Source: Podarcis cretensis
Taxonomy: Eukaryota
NCBI GenBank assembly: GCA_951804945.1
Contig: OX638149.1
Span: 51,832,001 to 51,896,000, forward strand
Length of the DNA stretch: 64,000 nucleotides
Direction: 5' to 3'
In this document: one piece after another, positions 23,641 to 36,197 of the stretch
Layout of the letters: every line of letters begins with the position of its first letter
How positions within the stretch are numbered: the stretch's first letter is position 1
Notes under the pieces: model-generated
What the model saw: only the letters and a program-made list of their open reading frames with translations
Told to the model about the DNA's origin: nothing
Database searches by the model: none
Made by a program: the position numbers and the translations under genes

Positions 23641-25718
23641 CTAGACGCTGCTAGCATGGCAGAAAGGAGCGCTCTTGAAAGACTGGGCAAAAGTGGCGAG
23701 AACTGAGCGGGTGCAATAAGAGTATTTCACGATATTTTATAGCAGAAATTGCTCACCTTTGACCATCCAGGTGATGTTGAATTACACCTCCCAACATCCC
23801 TGACTGGCCATTAGCCATGCTGGCTGAGTCTAATGCGGGGTGGGGAGCCCGACAATATTATGTGGTTGATTTCTCTTTTACAGAACTAGAAGGTCCTTGT
23901 TCTTGTTGAAACACATACTCAGAATCTACTTTATATATCTTTTTCCAAAATATATTTCCCATTAAAAGATCTCTTAATAAAGATGGCATGTCTTAGTTTT
24001 AAAATAATGGATGTAAACAAAAGAGAAGTAGCGCCAATGGGAGTGATTGTCTCGAAAATTATGTTTATGCATTGATACAACAATACCTTTTGCCTCCTTT
24101 CTGCCTACGTATAACTGGGCAGCAGCGGAGCGCGAGGTGTAAACTCTCCTGTCCCCAGGACTCAGCTATACAGCTGCAAATAAAACGTTTTAAGTGCAAT
24201 ATACAATGTGATATGATGTAAGGCGATGGTGAGCCTTATGGAAAATTCAATCTATTTTTAAAAAACGCATTAGAAAAACACATTTTCAAAACAATTTTTA
24301 TATGTGTGTAGATTCCACCAGGTTCACTTCTCTCCCATACAACCACCGCCTTTTCCATTTATTCCCTTGCTATGCACACGTTGCATTTTGAATGAGCGTT
24401 CATGCATGCATGACACAGCAGTTCTATAAAGGAATAAGGGAAGGGGGACTGAACAGAGAAGGAAAGACAGCTGAACAGAGCCACATGTGAGTGAACTAAT
24501 GAGAGATTAGTAAGTGATGCCTCCAACGTTTGAGTGTAGGGATTTGGGAAAGCTGTGAACTAAAATTAAGGGGGGGGGCTCCTAAAGCAGCAGTTCTATG
24601 CAGACTTGGCAGTAAACTCAATTGAACCCAGTGGGACCTACTTATGAGTAAACCTGCAAACTAGGCTGACACAATTGTCATGCACTCAACATCTCAGTAC
24701 TGTGTTTAAATGGTTCAGAAAAAGAGGAAACATCTTATGACTTAAATTAATTTTGGAGGAAATACAATAAACAAGGTCTATTTTGTTTTCACAATAATTA
24801 ATGCAGATTATAAATATGGCTTTGTGCTTTCAGAGCAGGCGGTTGGGAGAGTTCCCTAAAAATAAATTCCATTGCTGCTTAAAATTTCAAAATACTTTTT
24901 TTAGCTCTGCTTTAAGATGTCTTCAAATCATGACAGATCTTATATATCAACACACTTTCATTTTGTTGCCATGGTGTAGTAAAAAGTTGTGATTATTTTC
25001 TGAATCCTGTATTAAACCTCTCTTTGACTTTCGGTGTTAACCTGGATTAATTTGACACTCCAGTTGTGGAATTGCATCTTCCATTTCCAATCGATTTAAC
25101 AGTACAGTAGTACTAGTTCTCAGAGTGGTGAAGTTTCTGAAGGTCTGGTGCTTACCCAAGTTTAATTCCATTTAGAATACTTTACTGGAAGCTCATTACC
25201 ATTTTGTAGTATTTATGATTATATCCAAATATGCAGATGCACATTAACAAAGAAAGGTACTATCAACCGTGCCAGGATTATTAAGGCAGTCTCCAATTCC
25301 TTTTAACCCTCTTCTGTCCAAACTTCCAATACAGTAGTGCCTGTTAGTCTCTTAAAGTTTGTTGCATTGAATTAGCTTCTGCTGGTGAAATGTTTATGGT
25401 TTGAATTATGTTTGTCTTACCACTGTCTACTTGGTTATGCCCTCTGCGCAGACAGACTCCTCTCCTATCTGGAGCTTGGCCCCTATTTTTATCTGTGAAA
25501 TGTTGTGAGAGTAAGCTTTAACTATTTAAATAATAATCAAGAAGGCCTTTGCCCTCATTACTAAGACAACAACCAAGCACCACCCAGCTTCCTCCCAAAA
25601 CTCCTGTGCCTTTTAGCAAATGCATAACAGGCAGAAACACAAGGGGGGCAAGGAGCTTTCTCCGTTGCACCATCTCCATGCCAGAAAATACACCATCCGA
25701 ACATCTGCCTGTCACACA

Positions 25719-26145
25719 CAGTGCTGGATTTAGGTTTGATGAGGCCCATAGCTACTGAAGGTAATGGGGCCCTTTATATGTCCAGTTGTCCTTTGTCAAC
25801 AACAAATTGTCGCTGTTTTTTTGTCTTGAATATATGCTGTGTGGTAATTTATGGACCTAATAGATTTATCAAAGTAATTGTTGAACTGAAATACAATTAA
25901 GAAGCAGCATATGAATAGTGAAATAATTTTTAAGCTCTAACTTAAAATGATTGGGGGCCCATTATTTACATCATAGGAGCCTACACAACACAAAACACTG
26001 TTGCTGTATGTACAGTAGGTTTTATTTTGCTTTTTATCTTATATTTTGGAAATGTACATCCAGGTTTTTTCCCCTTTACATTTTTTTGGAGAGAGTGGGG
26101 CCCTAAGCTATAGCTTGTTTAGCTTATGTAGTAAATCCGGCAGCG
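25719..26145. mobile_element. hAT-like MITE
   Basis: CAGTGCTGGATTT..AAATCCGGCAGCG imperfect TIRs, subterminal GGGCCC palindromes. Confidence 0.6.
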
Positions 26146-26269
26146 GGGGATGGCACCATCTCCATGCCAGAAAACGCACCATCCGAACACCTGCCAGTCA
26201 CGCAGCTATGAAAAGCCTAGCAGGGATGAAAAGGACATTTTAAGGTAGCTGCGAGGCTTTTATCCAGCT

Positions 26270-26830
26270 CCCATTTTAGAAACAAAACAGAGCGGAAGAG
26301 CGTCTTGGCTTCCTCCTCTGCCACTTCGTCTCCGGACTCTCCAAGCAGAAAGCGGTTGAGCACGAGAACTTCCGCGAAACTCTGGACGTCTCCCTCTCGG
26401 CTGGCGGCGGCGGCACCTGCTCCAAGCCGAGCCGGCGTCGCTGGGGAAACAAACGGCCGAGGGGCAGCGCCCGCGAGGCGAGTTGCGGCTGAGGGCAGCC
26501 CCCTCTGGAGGGACCCAGGCGCAGGGCCGGATTCAAACCGCCCAATGGAGCGTCAGATTGGGGGCAAGGGCGGGCATAGCGGCGGCCAATGGAGAACGAG
26601 GATATTGGGAGGTGTGGCCTGCGTCGGTGATTTCAAACCCACTTGAGGAGCGGCCCGAGGTTTGCCTTACCGCTTGGCCGGTCGCGGCCTAGGTGAGTAC
26701 CCGCCGCCTGCATGAGAGGGGGGCCTCAGCAGGGGCATGGAAAGCGGGGCTTGGGCGAGGACGGCCGGGGCGCGGAGCTCCGAGAAAGGCCGTTGCTCTG
26801 AGGCGGCCGGGCTCCGCCTCGTCCTTACTG
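26270..26830 (+). promoter_or_regulatory. CKAP5: CKAP5 main CpG-island promoter (NF-Y boxes plus CHR-like elements)
   Basis: CpG-rich; CCAAT/ATTGG at 26542, 26557, 26586, 26604; TTCAAA at 26532 and 26632; CTTCCGCGAAA ETS/E2F-like. Confidence 0.8.
26625..26692 (+). other. CKAP5: CKAP5 non-coding exon 1 (start approximate)
   Basis: Strong donor TAG|GTGAGT at 26692/26693 just downstream of the CCAAT/CHR cluster. Confidence 0.7.
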
Positions 26831-27384
26831 CCATTCTGGTCCTTTAGTTGCTGTTCCTCAGGATGGGCTCCACAACACAGCTCCATCCCCACCCCGCTGC
26901 TCTTGAGGGGAGGGAGGGTTAGTGGTTTGCGTTTGTTCTTGGTTTTGGTTAAGCATTTTGTGTGTGTGTTTTATCTTGTGTTTTTTATCTTGTGAACCTC
27001 GCCGAGATCTACCGATGAAGGGCGGCATACAAATTTATTAAGTAATAATAGCAGCAGCTACGGAAGGCCCTCCACCGATCTCGGCATCGCCTGTAAATCG
27101 AGCCCGCGCTCTCTGCACTCTCTCTGAGGTGCACAGCGGAATAGGGCTTCCCGCTCGAGTCATCTCTAACTGCGTGTGGGCATGCGCTCGCTGCTGAGGG
27201 CTGCAGGTTTGGGGTGGGGGGGGGGAAGGCTCAGCAGCTTGCTGTCCGGTGGAAGCCCCATGCTTCCCTAGGCAAACTCACTCACTTGCCTCTCCCCTCC
27301 CATCCCTGGTCAAATGTGAAGCACGGGGCAGGGGGTAGAATTTTGCTTACTGCCAGTTGCCCACTTGAGCAAGCAGGTAGTACC

Positions 27385-27555
27385 AGTCGCTACTATGAAT
27401 ATACAAAAGGCTCTTATATTGAGTCAGATCACTGGTTCATCTAGCTTAATTTTGTTCGCCCTGATTGGGAGCAACTTTATAGGGGTTCAGGCAGGTGTCT
27501 CTACCTGGGACTTTCTGCAGGCAAAGCAGATGCTCCACCACTGCTCTTCTAGTGA
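27385..27555 (-). mobile_element. tRNA-derived squamate SINE (Squam3-like)
   Basis: Reverse complement resembles the copies at 51315 and 60965. Confidence 0.5.
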
Positions 27556-29740
27556 AGGGGAGAAGGCAGTTGAGTGAGCAACTGTAGACACCATACCACT
27601 CTGTGATGCTATTGCTGCTAGGTCACTTGCCCGGTAGGGTGAGTGACACTGGTGACTAGAAAGAAACAGGACCTGCTTGTCTGTCCTCTCCCTTTCCACC
27701 GGTGCTGCTTGCTTGCTGCATGTGTGAGTTGACAGACACTAGAAGTTCCTATCTGCTTCACTGAGGGATGAAGAGAGGCTATAACAAGCATTGGTGTTCA
27801 CAACGTTACATACACCTAATCTAGAGGGGAAGAGGAATAGAACTTTAATACCTTCAGGAGGACCCAATCATGCTGCTGTGATGGATACTTCTACAGACAG
27901 GTTGTGGTTGGTAGTGGGCTCTCCTGAGACCGTGGCAGTTGCCAGAAGAATCCAGCCCTGGGTAGGGGCTTCCCAGAGAAGTAGAGGAACCCCTGATGGC
28001 TCTTTGCTCACCCATGACATAGGGAGCAGTGATGAATGCTAGGGCAGCTGTCACCACTGTGAACTAGTGATGATTGTCAGTAGCTGCTTTTAGGGAGAAG
28101 TGGGCAGAGGAGCTCACATCAGCAGTTGCCGTTCCCAGAAACCATTGGTGTTCACTTGCTCTGGTGCACTAATGAGCAGCATTGATAGTCCGCGATACCA
28201 ACAGCCTTTCCTTTCTTGGCAGTCGTTGAATGTTGTTGCTGTCAGTTTGTTCAGGTGAGCTATTGGTGATAGAAGTGGCAAACAAGGAACAACCTCCATT
28301 CCCTACCCTCCAACGCAAGAGGGTGAAGAAGACAGTGAGCCTTATGGTGAGGACAGGGGTCCCCTAGACAGCAAGTTGGCATGGGCCTATCAAACCTGGA
28401 GCTGGTTCTAGTGTAGTAGAGACACTTAGGAACTATTCTGTGAAGGATTTTTCCTCCAGTGGGCCTTACATCCAAGCCATTTGCTAGGGTTGCTATGCTT
28501 AGAATGTTTATATACCTATAGGTATGAGTGGTTTGATGGGCATTGTTAGTGCCTTCTACAAAGTGAGATGCACATTAATGCTTATTGTGGGCAATAATAC
28601 TTACATATAATCACAGACCCAAGAGGTACCCCATTCAAAAAGTCTTGCTGGATCATATGCAAAGATCCATGTACTATAGTCCAATACCCCCCTTCCTGAT
28701 GCCTCTGGAAAGCTGACCTTGATCCCCTCCCCTAATAAAAATTTTAATAATTAAGACCTTGAGGTCCTTCAGTTTAAGATACCTGGAAGTATTACTTGTT
28801 TATACAGTATATCTTCATTTGACTTCTCTCTTGACCGGGGAAGGCAATATTCCTTTTGTAGAAGGAGAGGTATGTTTAAATGCCAGCATCTATGTCCCAA
28901 GGAGGATTGGATTAATCCTAGGCATCTGTGCACTTACATATTTTATACTGACATTTTTATATTGGAGATAATTTGGCTCTGCAATATTGGTAACTACTTA
29001 TAAAGAGGATACGCTATTAAAATGTTATATCTGCGCTGACCCTTTCCCTAGGCACCTGCCCTGTTCTGAAAGTAGCTTTCATCATGGTTGCTAAGTGCAC
29101 TTTATTCCAGAACTTGGAAAGTCCATAGAACATAATGGATCTTCTATTTCAGAACATGCTTGTTCTTTTAACACTCTCTAGAACATGTTACAACTTCAAA
29201 ATGTCTTACTTTGACATTTTTACCCACTATTGCTACTGCACACTTAGAGACTCCATTGTTTCTAACAGCAGCTTCTTTATGGTCTAGTAATAACATTTCT
29301 TCAAGTCTCCTGCAATCTACTGGTGGGTACCTCTTTCATCATTTAGGATAATGAACTGAGAATCTTTAATAGCTTTGTGGGTCTGGACCTGAGGCATTTC
29401 CTTTTAATCTCTGAATACAGATACTGTGTTACACTTCTAGTGCTTACAAGTAGGTTACCAATTACTGTCTGAAAATGTTTCATCTGAATTTGGTTGCAAA
29501 TATAGTGAAAACATTTTTTTTCTGGATGAAGCGAAAATGTGAATATGTACTGGAATATTATTCTGCAGACTATAATTACGTCATGCTCTATTCTGTTTAT
29601 GGTTTTGTAGGGTTGGGCTTCATCATTTTAATCATTATTGTTTTGTATTGTACCATGCACAAATGTCAAAGGAATTATTTCTGTTTAAGAATATTGTGTT
29701 GGTGTATGTGAAATTTCTTGCTCATAGTGTAATGATTTAA

Positions 29741-30780
29741 TAATAATAATAAATAATAAGTTTTTATTTATACCCTGCTCTTCCCGGTTCAGAAACCCGG
29801 GCTCAGGGTGATAAGCAACAAATTTAAAACACTTAATTGCAATACAACATAAAAGCAGCATAAAATACAATATAAAATCATGAATAACAATAAAATCCAA
29901 AGTTCAAAAATCAATTTGAGGGAAATCCATCCAATAAAGATTGGATAGTCACCTGGGCCAGCTGGCTAAATTAGACCTACAGTGGTACCTTGGGTTACAG
30001 ATGCTTCAGGTTACAGACTCCGCAGCGGGAGGCCCCATTAGCTAAATTGGTACCTCAGGTTAAGAACAGTTTCAGGTTAAGAACGGACCTCTGGAACGAA
30101 TTAAATTCTTAATCCGAGGTACTACTGTACTTGAGCCAGCGAGGAGGCCAGGGGAGAATTAGCTGTGGGGTCCCAGAAAGGGTAATTTTCATAAAAAGAG
30201 GGGATGGGGGAAGAGAAGGGAAATAAAAGATCAGGCTGAGTTCAAATTAAAGGCCAGGCGGAATAGCTCTGTTTATAGGCCCGGCGGAAGGAGATTAAAT
30301 CCTGTAGGGCCCTAGTGTCATGGGACAGAGCATTCCAACAGGTTGGAGCCATCACTGAAAAGGCCCTGGCCCTGGTCTGACGTCCTTAGGGCCTGGGACC
30401 TCTACACTATGGTTATTCATGGACCTTAAGGTCCTCTGCGGGGCATACCAGGAGAGGTGGTCCCATAAATATGAGGGCCCTAAGCCACAAAAGGCTTTAA
30501 AGGTCAAACCCAGCACCTTGAACCTGACCCTATACTCCATCGGGAGCAAGTGCAGCTGGTAAAGCACTGGGTGAATATGCTCCCATGGCAGGGACCCCAT
30601 GAGAAGCCTCACTGCAGCATTCTGCACCCGCTGGAGTTTCTGGGACAGTTTCAAGGGCAGCCCCGCATAGAGCGAATTACAGTAGTCAAGCCTGGAGGTG
30701 ACTGTTGCGTGGATCACCGTGGCCAGATCGGGGCGGGAAAGGTAAGGGACCAACTGCTTAATGCGGCGAAGATTATGCAG
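29741..30780 (-). mobile_element. L2-clade LINE 3' fragment
   Basis: ORF 30352-30792 (VTSRLDYCNSLYAGLP..LQRVQNAAVRL) is an L2 ORF2 C-terminus; (TTA)n tail near 29741. Confidence 0.85.
29980..30127. mobile_element. Tigger/pogo-like MITE nested in the L2 fragment
   Basis: TA|CAGTGGTACCT..AGGTACTACTG|TA. Confidence 0.85.
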
Positions 30781-31829
30781 TGTTAATGACAATCACTAAT
30801 AGACACTCCGCCCAAAAAACTATTACTAGCTTTATGTATGTATTTATTTACTACAAGCATTTCCACTTAGGAACTCAAGGCAGTGTGCATGATTCACCCT
30901 CTTTTTATCTTCTCAACAACCCTGTGAGGTATATGACACAGGCCCAATGTTGCCCAGTGAGCTTCATGGTTTAGTGGGGATTTGAACCCTGGTCTCTCAG
31001 GTTTGACAGTCATACACAGAGAATTCCAGCAGAATGAATGAAAACTAATTGTTTTTGCAGTGGTAAATGCTGTTTCCTTCGACTTTGTGGATGTTGTTTA
31101 TTAACTTTGTTTCCACCTGGTAAGTTCTTGTTAAAAGGGGAATTATGGTTACACAGAACTTGAATGCATTTCAGAAGCATGGAAACATGCTAAGGATGTT
31201 CCTATTTTTCTCGACTTGTATTTAAAAAATAAATAAATCTTGTTTGAGGTGCTTTCCCCTTGCTGTAGGGTATTGTAGACATTTGCAGCCATAAAGGGTA
31301 GAGCTTACCTAATTTCTCTGACAATGACCTAGTTGCTGATTTCTGTAGTACTGTCTATTAAAGCTGTGAAATGGCACGTGCAAATTAAGTGGTTGTTGCA
31401 GTATTTATCCTTGACTGGTATTAGGATTATGAGCTTCATTTTACTATTGTAGGTGGAAAGCATTTCAGCATACTGATGTGTCTGTGTGCACCTTTCATTA
31501 TGTTCCTTTGAGGTTAGGTGATTGTAAGAAGGCAGGAAAACCAAGCTTTGATGCTTATATAAAACACGTGATTCTAACAAAGCATTGAGTAGTGCTACAG
31601 AACGCTGAGCAGTTAAAGGTGTCTCCTGAACAGAATTGTAAATTTGAGAAAAGTTGTTGCACTTTGAACAGGTTCTATAAGGCAAGATGTTGTAGTTGGT
31701 TCTTCTTAGGGAGATGGGTCTCTGGACGTTTTTCAAGGGCCACTTATTTTGGCTTACCAGCGCAATGTTACAAAAAATGTTTATTCGAAAGCAGTTGGAG
31801 GCAGAGTAGTTCTTTTCGCAATTAAACGT

Positions 31830-33000
31830 ATGCTTGCGGATTCTGTTTCGGGCCACTATTTTTAACAGGTTCAGTTTACAGCCCCTAGTACAGAGATCAC
31901 ACATAAGCACAACCCTGTACTGTACATACCGTCGGGCTCCTAGCCCCGCGGGATCAGCAAGGCTTAAGATACGCGGAAGCCTCTTCAGGAGCACGACCCA
32001 CCTAGCTCTAGCTAGTCTGACCATAAGTGGACGAATGGCCTTCCTGGCCAGGCCTCTTGTTGAGCATGAGAACCCGTTAGCGACAGAAAGGGAATCAAAA
32101 AGGCTTGCGAACTGGTTAGGGTGGGGACCCTCCGCGGCGCGGAAGCCTCGGTAGGAGCGCTCTGCCTCTCTGATCGGGGGTGGGGGAGAGCGAAGGGGCG
32201 GAGTGAGCGCATGGTCCGTCCAGGGCGGGGATCCCTGCCTTTGTTTGTCACATGGCCCGGGGAAGGCCCTTTGCTCAGGTGCGGCGGGAGGCGGAGGTTG
32301 GTGTCGCCGGCTGCGACGCGCCCCGCCCTTGGGGGAGGCGCCTCCTTCTCTGCCGGTCGGAGATGCAGCTCTCCGCCCGCTCCTGCTGCTAAGCCGGGCC
32401 GCGGTTGCTGGGCAAGCGAGAGTCCGGCCTAGTCCGGCCTGGGGGAAGGCGACGTTGTCCGGCGCCCGCTGCAAGGTAGGGCGGCGGCACTGGTGGCAAG
32501 GCCTAAATCCCCAGGGTGAAGGCCAGCTGGGGCGGGCGACTGTCATAAACAATGCCGGGGGAGCGGCCTGCTGCCCCGCTGCATTGGGTGGCCAAGTTGT
32601 ACCGAGCAGCGTCTCTCGGTCGGTCGGTCCGGCTGGCGAGCGGCGTCGGCCGATTTGTTGTGCTGGTGGTTGTAGATGTCGACTGGCTCCGAGCTGCAGT
32701 AACTGGGGAAATGTGGCCCTGCTGGGCATAGAGCGGGAAACGGTGTCTGGGGAGCCTTCGGCAATTCCTGTCGCAGGGGAAGGGGACGTGCGTTGTAGGT
32801 CTAGACCGGCAATGTGATCTGGGGCAGAAAGGGGATCCTTGACAGGGAAGGGATTCGGATCATCTTTTGAGATTCCCCTGTATGTGCTTGGAAGACGCTG
32901 GGGTGAGGTGGGGTGGCATGGGCGCGAGATTGTATTGAATGAAGAAGGCCTGTGTCAGGAATCCCCAACATCGAGCGCTTGAGCATTTGAACGGAGGTGT
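31830..33000 (+). promoter_or_regulatory. CKAP5: Second CpG island in CKAP5 intron 1; probable alternative promoter/first exon
   Basis: High CpG density, GC boxes, GGCGCGGAAG; candidate donors AAG|GTAGGG (32475) and GCA|GTAACT (32698). Confidence 0.6.
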
Positions 33001-34110
33001 TATGTTATGAAGGTCTACTCTGTGAATGTTCACAACAACAACAACGCTGGGCCTATTTCAGGGTGCTTGCTTTTTATGCTTCGTAGGAATTTTCATTCTT
33101 TGAAATTTAAACCAGGGATGCTTAATTTTTGACTCTCCAGATGTTGGACTACAACTCCCGCTAGAAATCAAGCAGGCACTATCCCTGTTTGAGATCCCTG
33201 GTTTAAAAGGTTTTTCAGGAAGTCCTTGTGTTATGAACTTGTTCTAATGTTTTCTATGTTCTGATGTTGTAACTTAAGTGTTAAATTGTGCCTGTTGTGT
33301 GTTTTGCTCTTTCCTGTAAACAGCTGTGAGATACATAGTAAAAAGTGGGGTATAAATATCTTAATCATCCCTTACTGGTCATGTTAACTGGAATCCAACA
33401 TCTGGAAGATCACAGCCTAGGCAAACTTATTTTAAGCTTTTTGTATCTGTGGTGCTTTGCACAGCATTTTTTTTAATTAAAAAAAAGATTTCATGAATAA
33501 AAAAAAGTGTTATCTTGCATCCATGTCAGTGACATTGACACATGCATGTAAATACTAGGGCAAGATGCAGGGCTCTACAGCATTAATTAGATTTTAGAAA
33601 ATAAGAGGTACTAGTGGAGAACCTATATTAGTTTCACTAGAACAGGGTTGGGGAACAAATGGGACTTCCAGCTAGCATTGTAAATGGTTGTGGATGATCT
33701 GAAGGACCATGGGCTCCCCACCCTGTTTCTAGGACTTAGTCATAGAGCCTACCTAGAATATTTCCATGTAACAGCTCCTGAATGCAGATGCAGTCAGGTA
33801 GAACAACTCTTATTTGAAAGGAAATGTGATTTAAAATAAGTTGTGGAAAAGCTCAGTAAGCAGAGTGGCAGTGAATAGAGGCAAGTGGTCCTGTCTCAGC
33901 ATAAGGATTCTCTGTTTGCTCTCTTGTTGTGTAAACAACTTGCCTTGCTTCTGCAAGTGGTGGGGGTGTTCTTTTCTTGCGCTCCTCTTCATAAAAAAGT
34001 CTTCCAGGGATGTATTGTATCCCAATTTGGTACAAAATTTGAGGAATTATTTTTTGGGGATTACAGTACAAGTTTTTGAAAATGGTACCAAACAATATTT
34101 TAAAAGGCTT

Positions 34111-34454
34111 GTGGCGCTGTGGGTTAAACCACAGAGCCTAGGACTTGCCTATCAGAAGGTTGGTGGTTCGAATCCCCACAACAGGGTGAGCTCCTGTTGC
34201 TCGGTCCCTGCTCCTGCCAACCTAGCAGTTCGAAAGCACGTCAGAGTGCAAGTAGATAAATAGGTACCGCTCCAGTGGGAAGGTAAACGGCGTTTCCGTG
34301 CGCTGCTCTGGTTCGCCAGAAGCGGCTTAGTCATGCTGGCCACATGACCAGGAAGCTGTACGCCGAATCCCTTGGCCAATAAAACGAGATGAGCACCGCA
34401 ACCCCAGAGTCAGCCACGACTGGACCTAATGGTCAGGGGTCCCTTCACCTTTAC
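34111..34454 (+). mobile_element. Sauria (POM-type) SINE, slightly 5'-truncated
   Basis: tRNA-like head GTGGCGCTGTGG..GGTTCGAATCCC, ACCTTT tail; near-identical to the copy at 49251. Confidence 0.9.
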
Positions 34455-35187
34455 ATTTAACAACAAGCAGTTCCTAGAGTTATAGCAGAATTCTATAATG
34501 TTTACCCAGAAGTAAGTCTCACTACCCCATGTTTCAATTTTATTAAGACTGTTACAAAGCTGGGTGCCTCCCACTCTCTCTGCTGGGTCGTGGCAAAAGC
34601 CCATGGGGATTGAGACACAGGAGAGACTGTTGTAGCTTTAAGAAATATGGGTTATTCATTCATTTACACCTTCAATCTGCATTGAGGGAGTCCAGATTTT
34701 ACAGCATGGTCTTTTCAAGAGGGGCTTGTACCCCACAGCATTGCAGCTCTGGAGTCCAAGTCATCTCTCCCAGTAATTTTCTCAAGCAGCCTGTCCAAAA
34801 AAGGCTCCCAACCCTTCTTCATCCTCCTTCCCAGAACCCCTTACTACCAGACTCCCTTTTCCTGTCACCTCAAACATTGTTTTGCTGGCAACCTTCCAAA
34901 TCCCCTGTTCACCTGGGGTGGGGGGAAAGGACAATTCCTCAATGACTCTCTATTGTTTCTTAAAGGCCCTAGCTTGGCCAGGTTGTTTAGCATAGGCTAG
35001 TCCAGGAATTGATCTGCAGATTGTATTTCTCCCTTCACACACCCAAATCATCAAAATCCTACCATTTATTAAATTCTGAGAGTAACCCTAATCAAGCACT
35101 GTGTTTCTGACTTCTGAAAACATGATTACTTTGTTGGAGTGCTCAATTCATTTGTTCTCCCCAGTTTTTTTTGATTGGCTGTTTTCT

Positions 35188-35345
35188 TTTAGAAGACATC
35201 TGAAGGCAGCCCTGTTTAGGGAAATGTTTAATATTTGATGAATTACTGTATTTTAATCTTTTGTTGGAAGCTGCCCAGAGTAGCTGGGGAAACCCAGCCA
35301 GATGGGCAGGTTATAAATAATAAATAATAAAAATTATTATTGTTA
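35188..35345 (+). mobile_element. L2-type LINE 3' end
   Basis: GAAGACATCTGAAGGCAGCCCTGTTTAGG..GCCCAGAG..TAAATAATAAA tail. Confidence 0.6.
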
Positions 35346-36034
35346 TTGTTTTATATTTGAAACAGCAACTGCTATACTGTAAAATATTTCAAATGATGCA
35401 GTCAAATTTAAGCACTTTTAAGTCCCCATTGTCTGAAAGTAGGAAAAAGTTAAGCATGTCTGTTAATCCTGTTGAAATTGAGAAGGCATAAAGGTGCTGG
35501 ATCATTTAGCTCAATCTGATATCTTTAGCTCAGTCTGAAGATGTTTTCTTTGAAATAAATCTTACGTGTTTCAGTGTGGTGTACTCTGGAATAGCTGTAT
35601 GTAGGATTGCAATTAGATACTTCAAAGTCACATTGTGTATTTAAAACACAAATAATCAATTCTGTACAATTCTGATATTAGAAAGCTTTTATCATTTGTG
35701 TCCTCAAAGCAGCTTCTGTGAAAAGTAACATTTTGTGATGGCTTGGTTGTGTTGTTGTTTGATAGGTTAATCTTTGTGCTGAGTCTTGCTGTGGGTGATG
35801 GTGGAGGTCCATCACAATGTTAAACAGTAGAATGCACTGGATAATAAACTCTTGGCTCACCATACTTGCTAGGTGGTCCAGAACAAATTACAATTCCTCT
35901 GCCTAGCTAATGTCATAGAATAATTACAAAATTAGATGTGAGTTCCCCATAAAAAGCAAAAAAAAGGAGGGCAAGCTGAATGAACAGATTTGATCTTCAG
36001 TTGCTTCATCTTTTAAGCATTGGGTAGCTACAGG

Positions 36035-36197
36035 CAGTGGCGTAGCGTGGGTTGTCAGCATCCGGGGCAAGGCAAGTAATTTGCACCCCCTAACCCGTGG
36101 ATTTGCGCCCCCTAACCCGTGGATTTGCGCCCCCTAACCCCCAGATGTTGCGCCCGGTGCGGCTGGCCCCCCCTGCACCCCCCACACTACGCCACTG
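36035..36197. mobile_element. hAT MITE with 8-bp TSD
   Basis: TIR CAGTGGCGTAG/CTACGCCACTG; TSD GCTACAGG at 36027-36034 and 36198-36205. Confidence 0.92.

Noticed and set aside
31329-32729. 466-aa minus-strand ORF, the longest in the track
   Set aside because: Mostly spans a GC-rich CpG island where stops are depleted; Arg/Pro/Ala-rich with no domain signature, and other frames overlapping it are also open.
34550-35040. Possible solo LTR (TG..CA)
   Set aside because: No matching TSD and no second copy in the window; cannot be supported.
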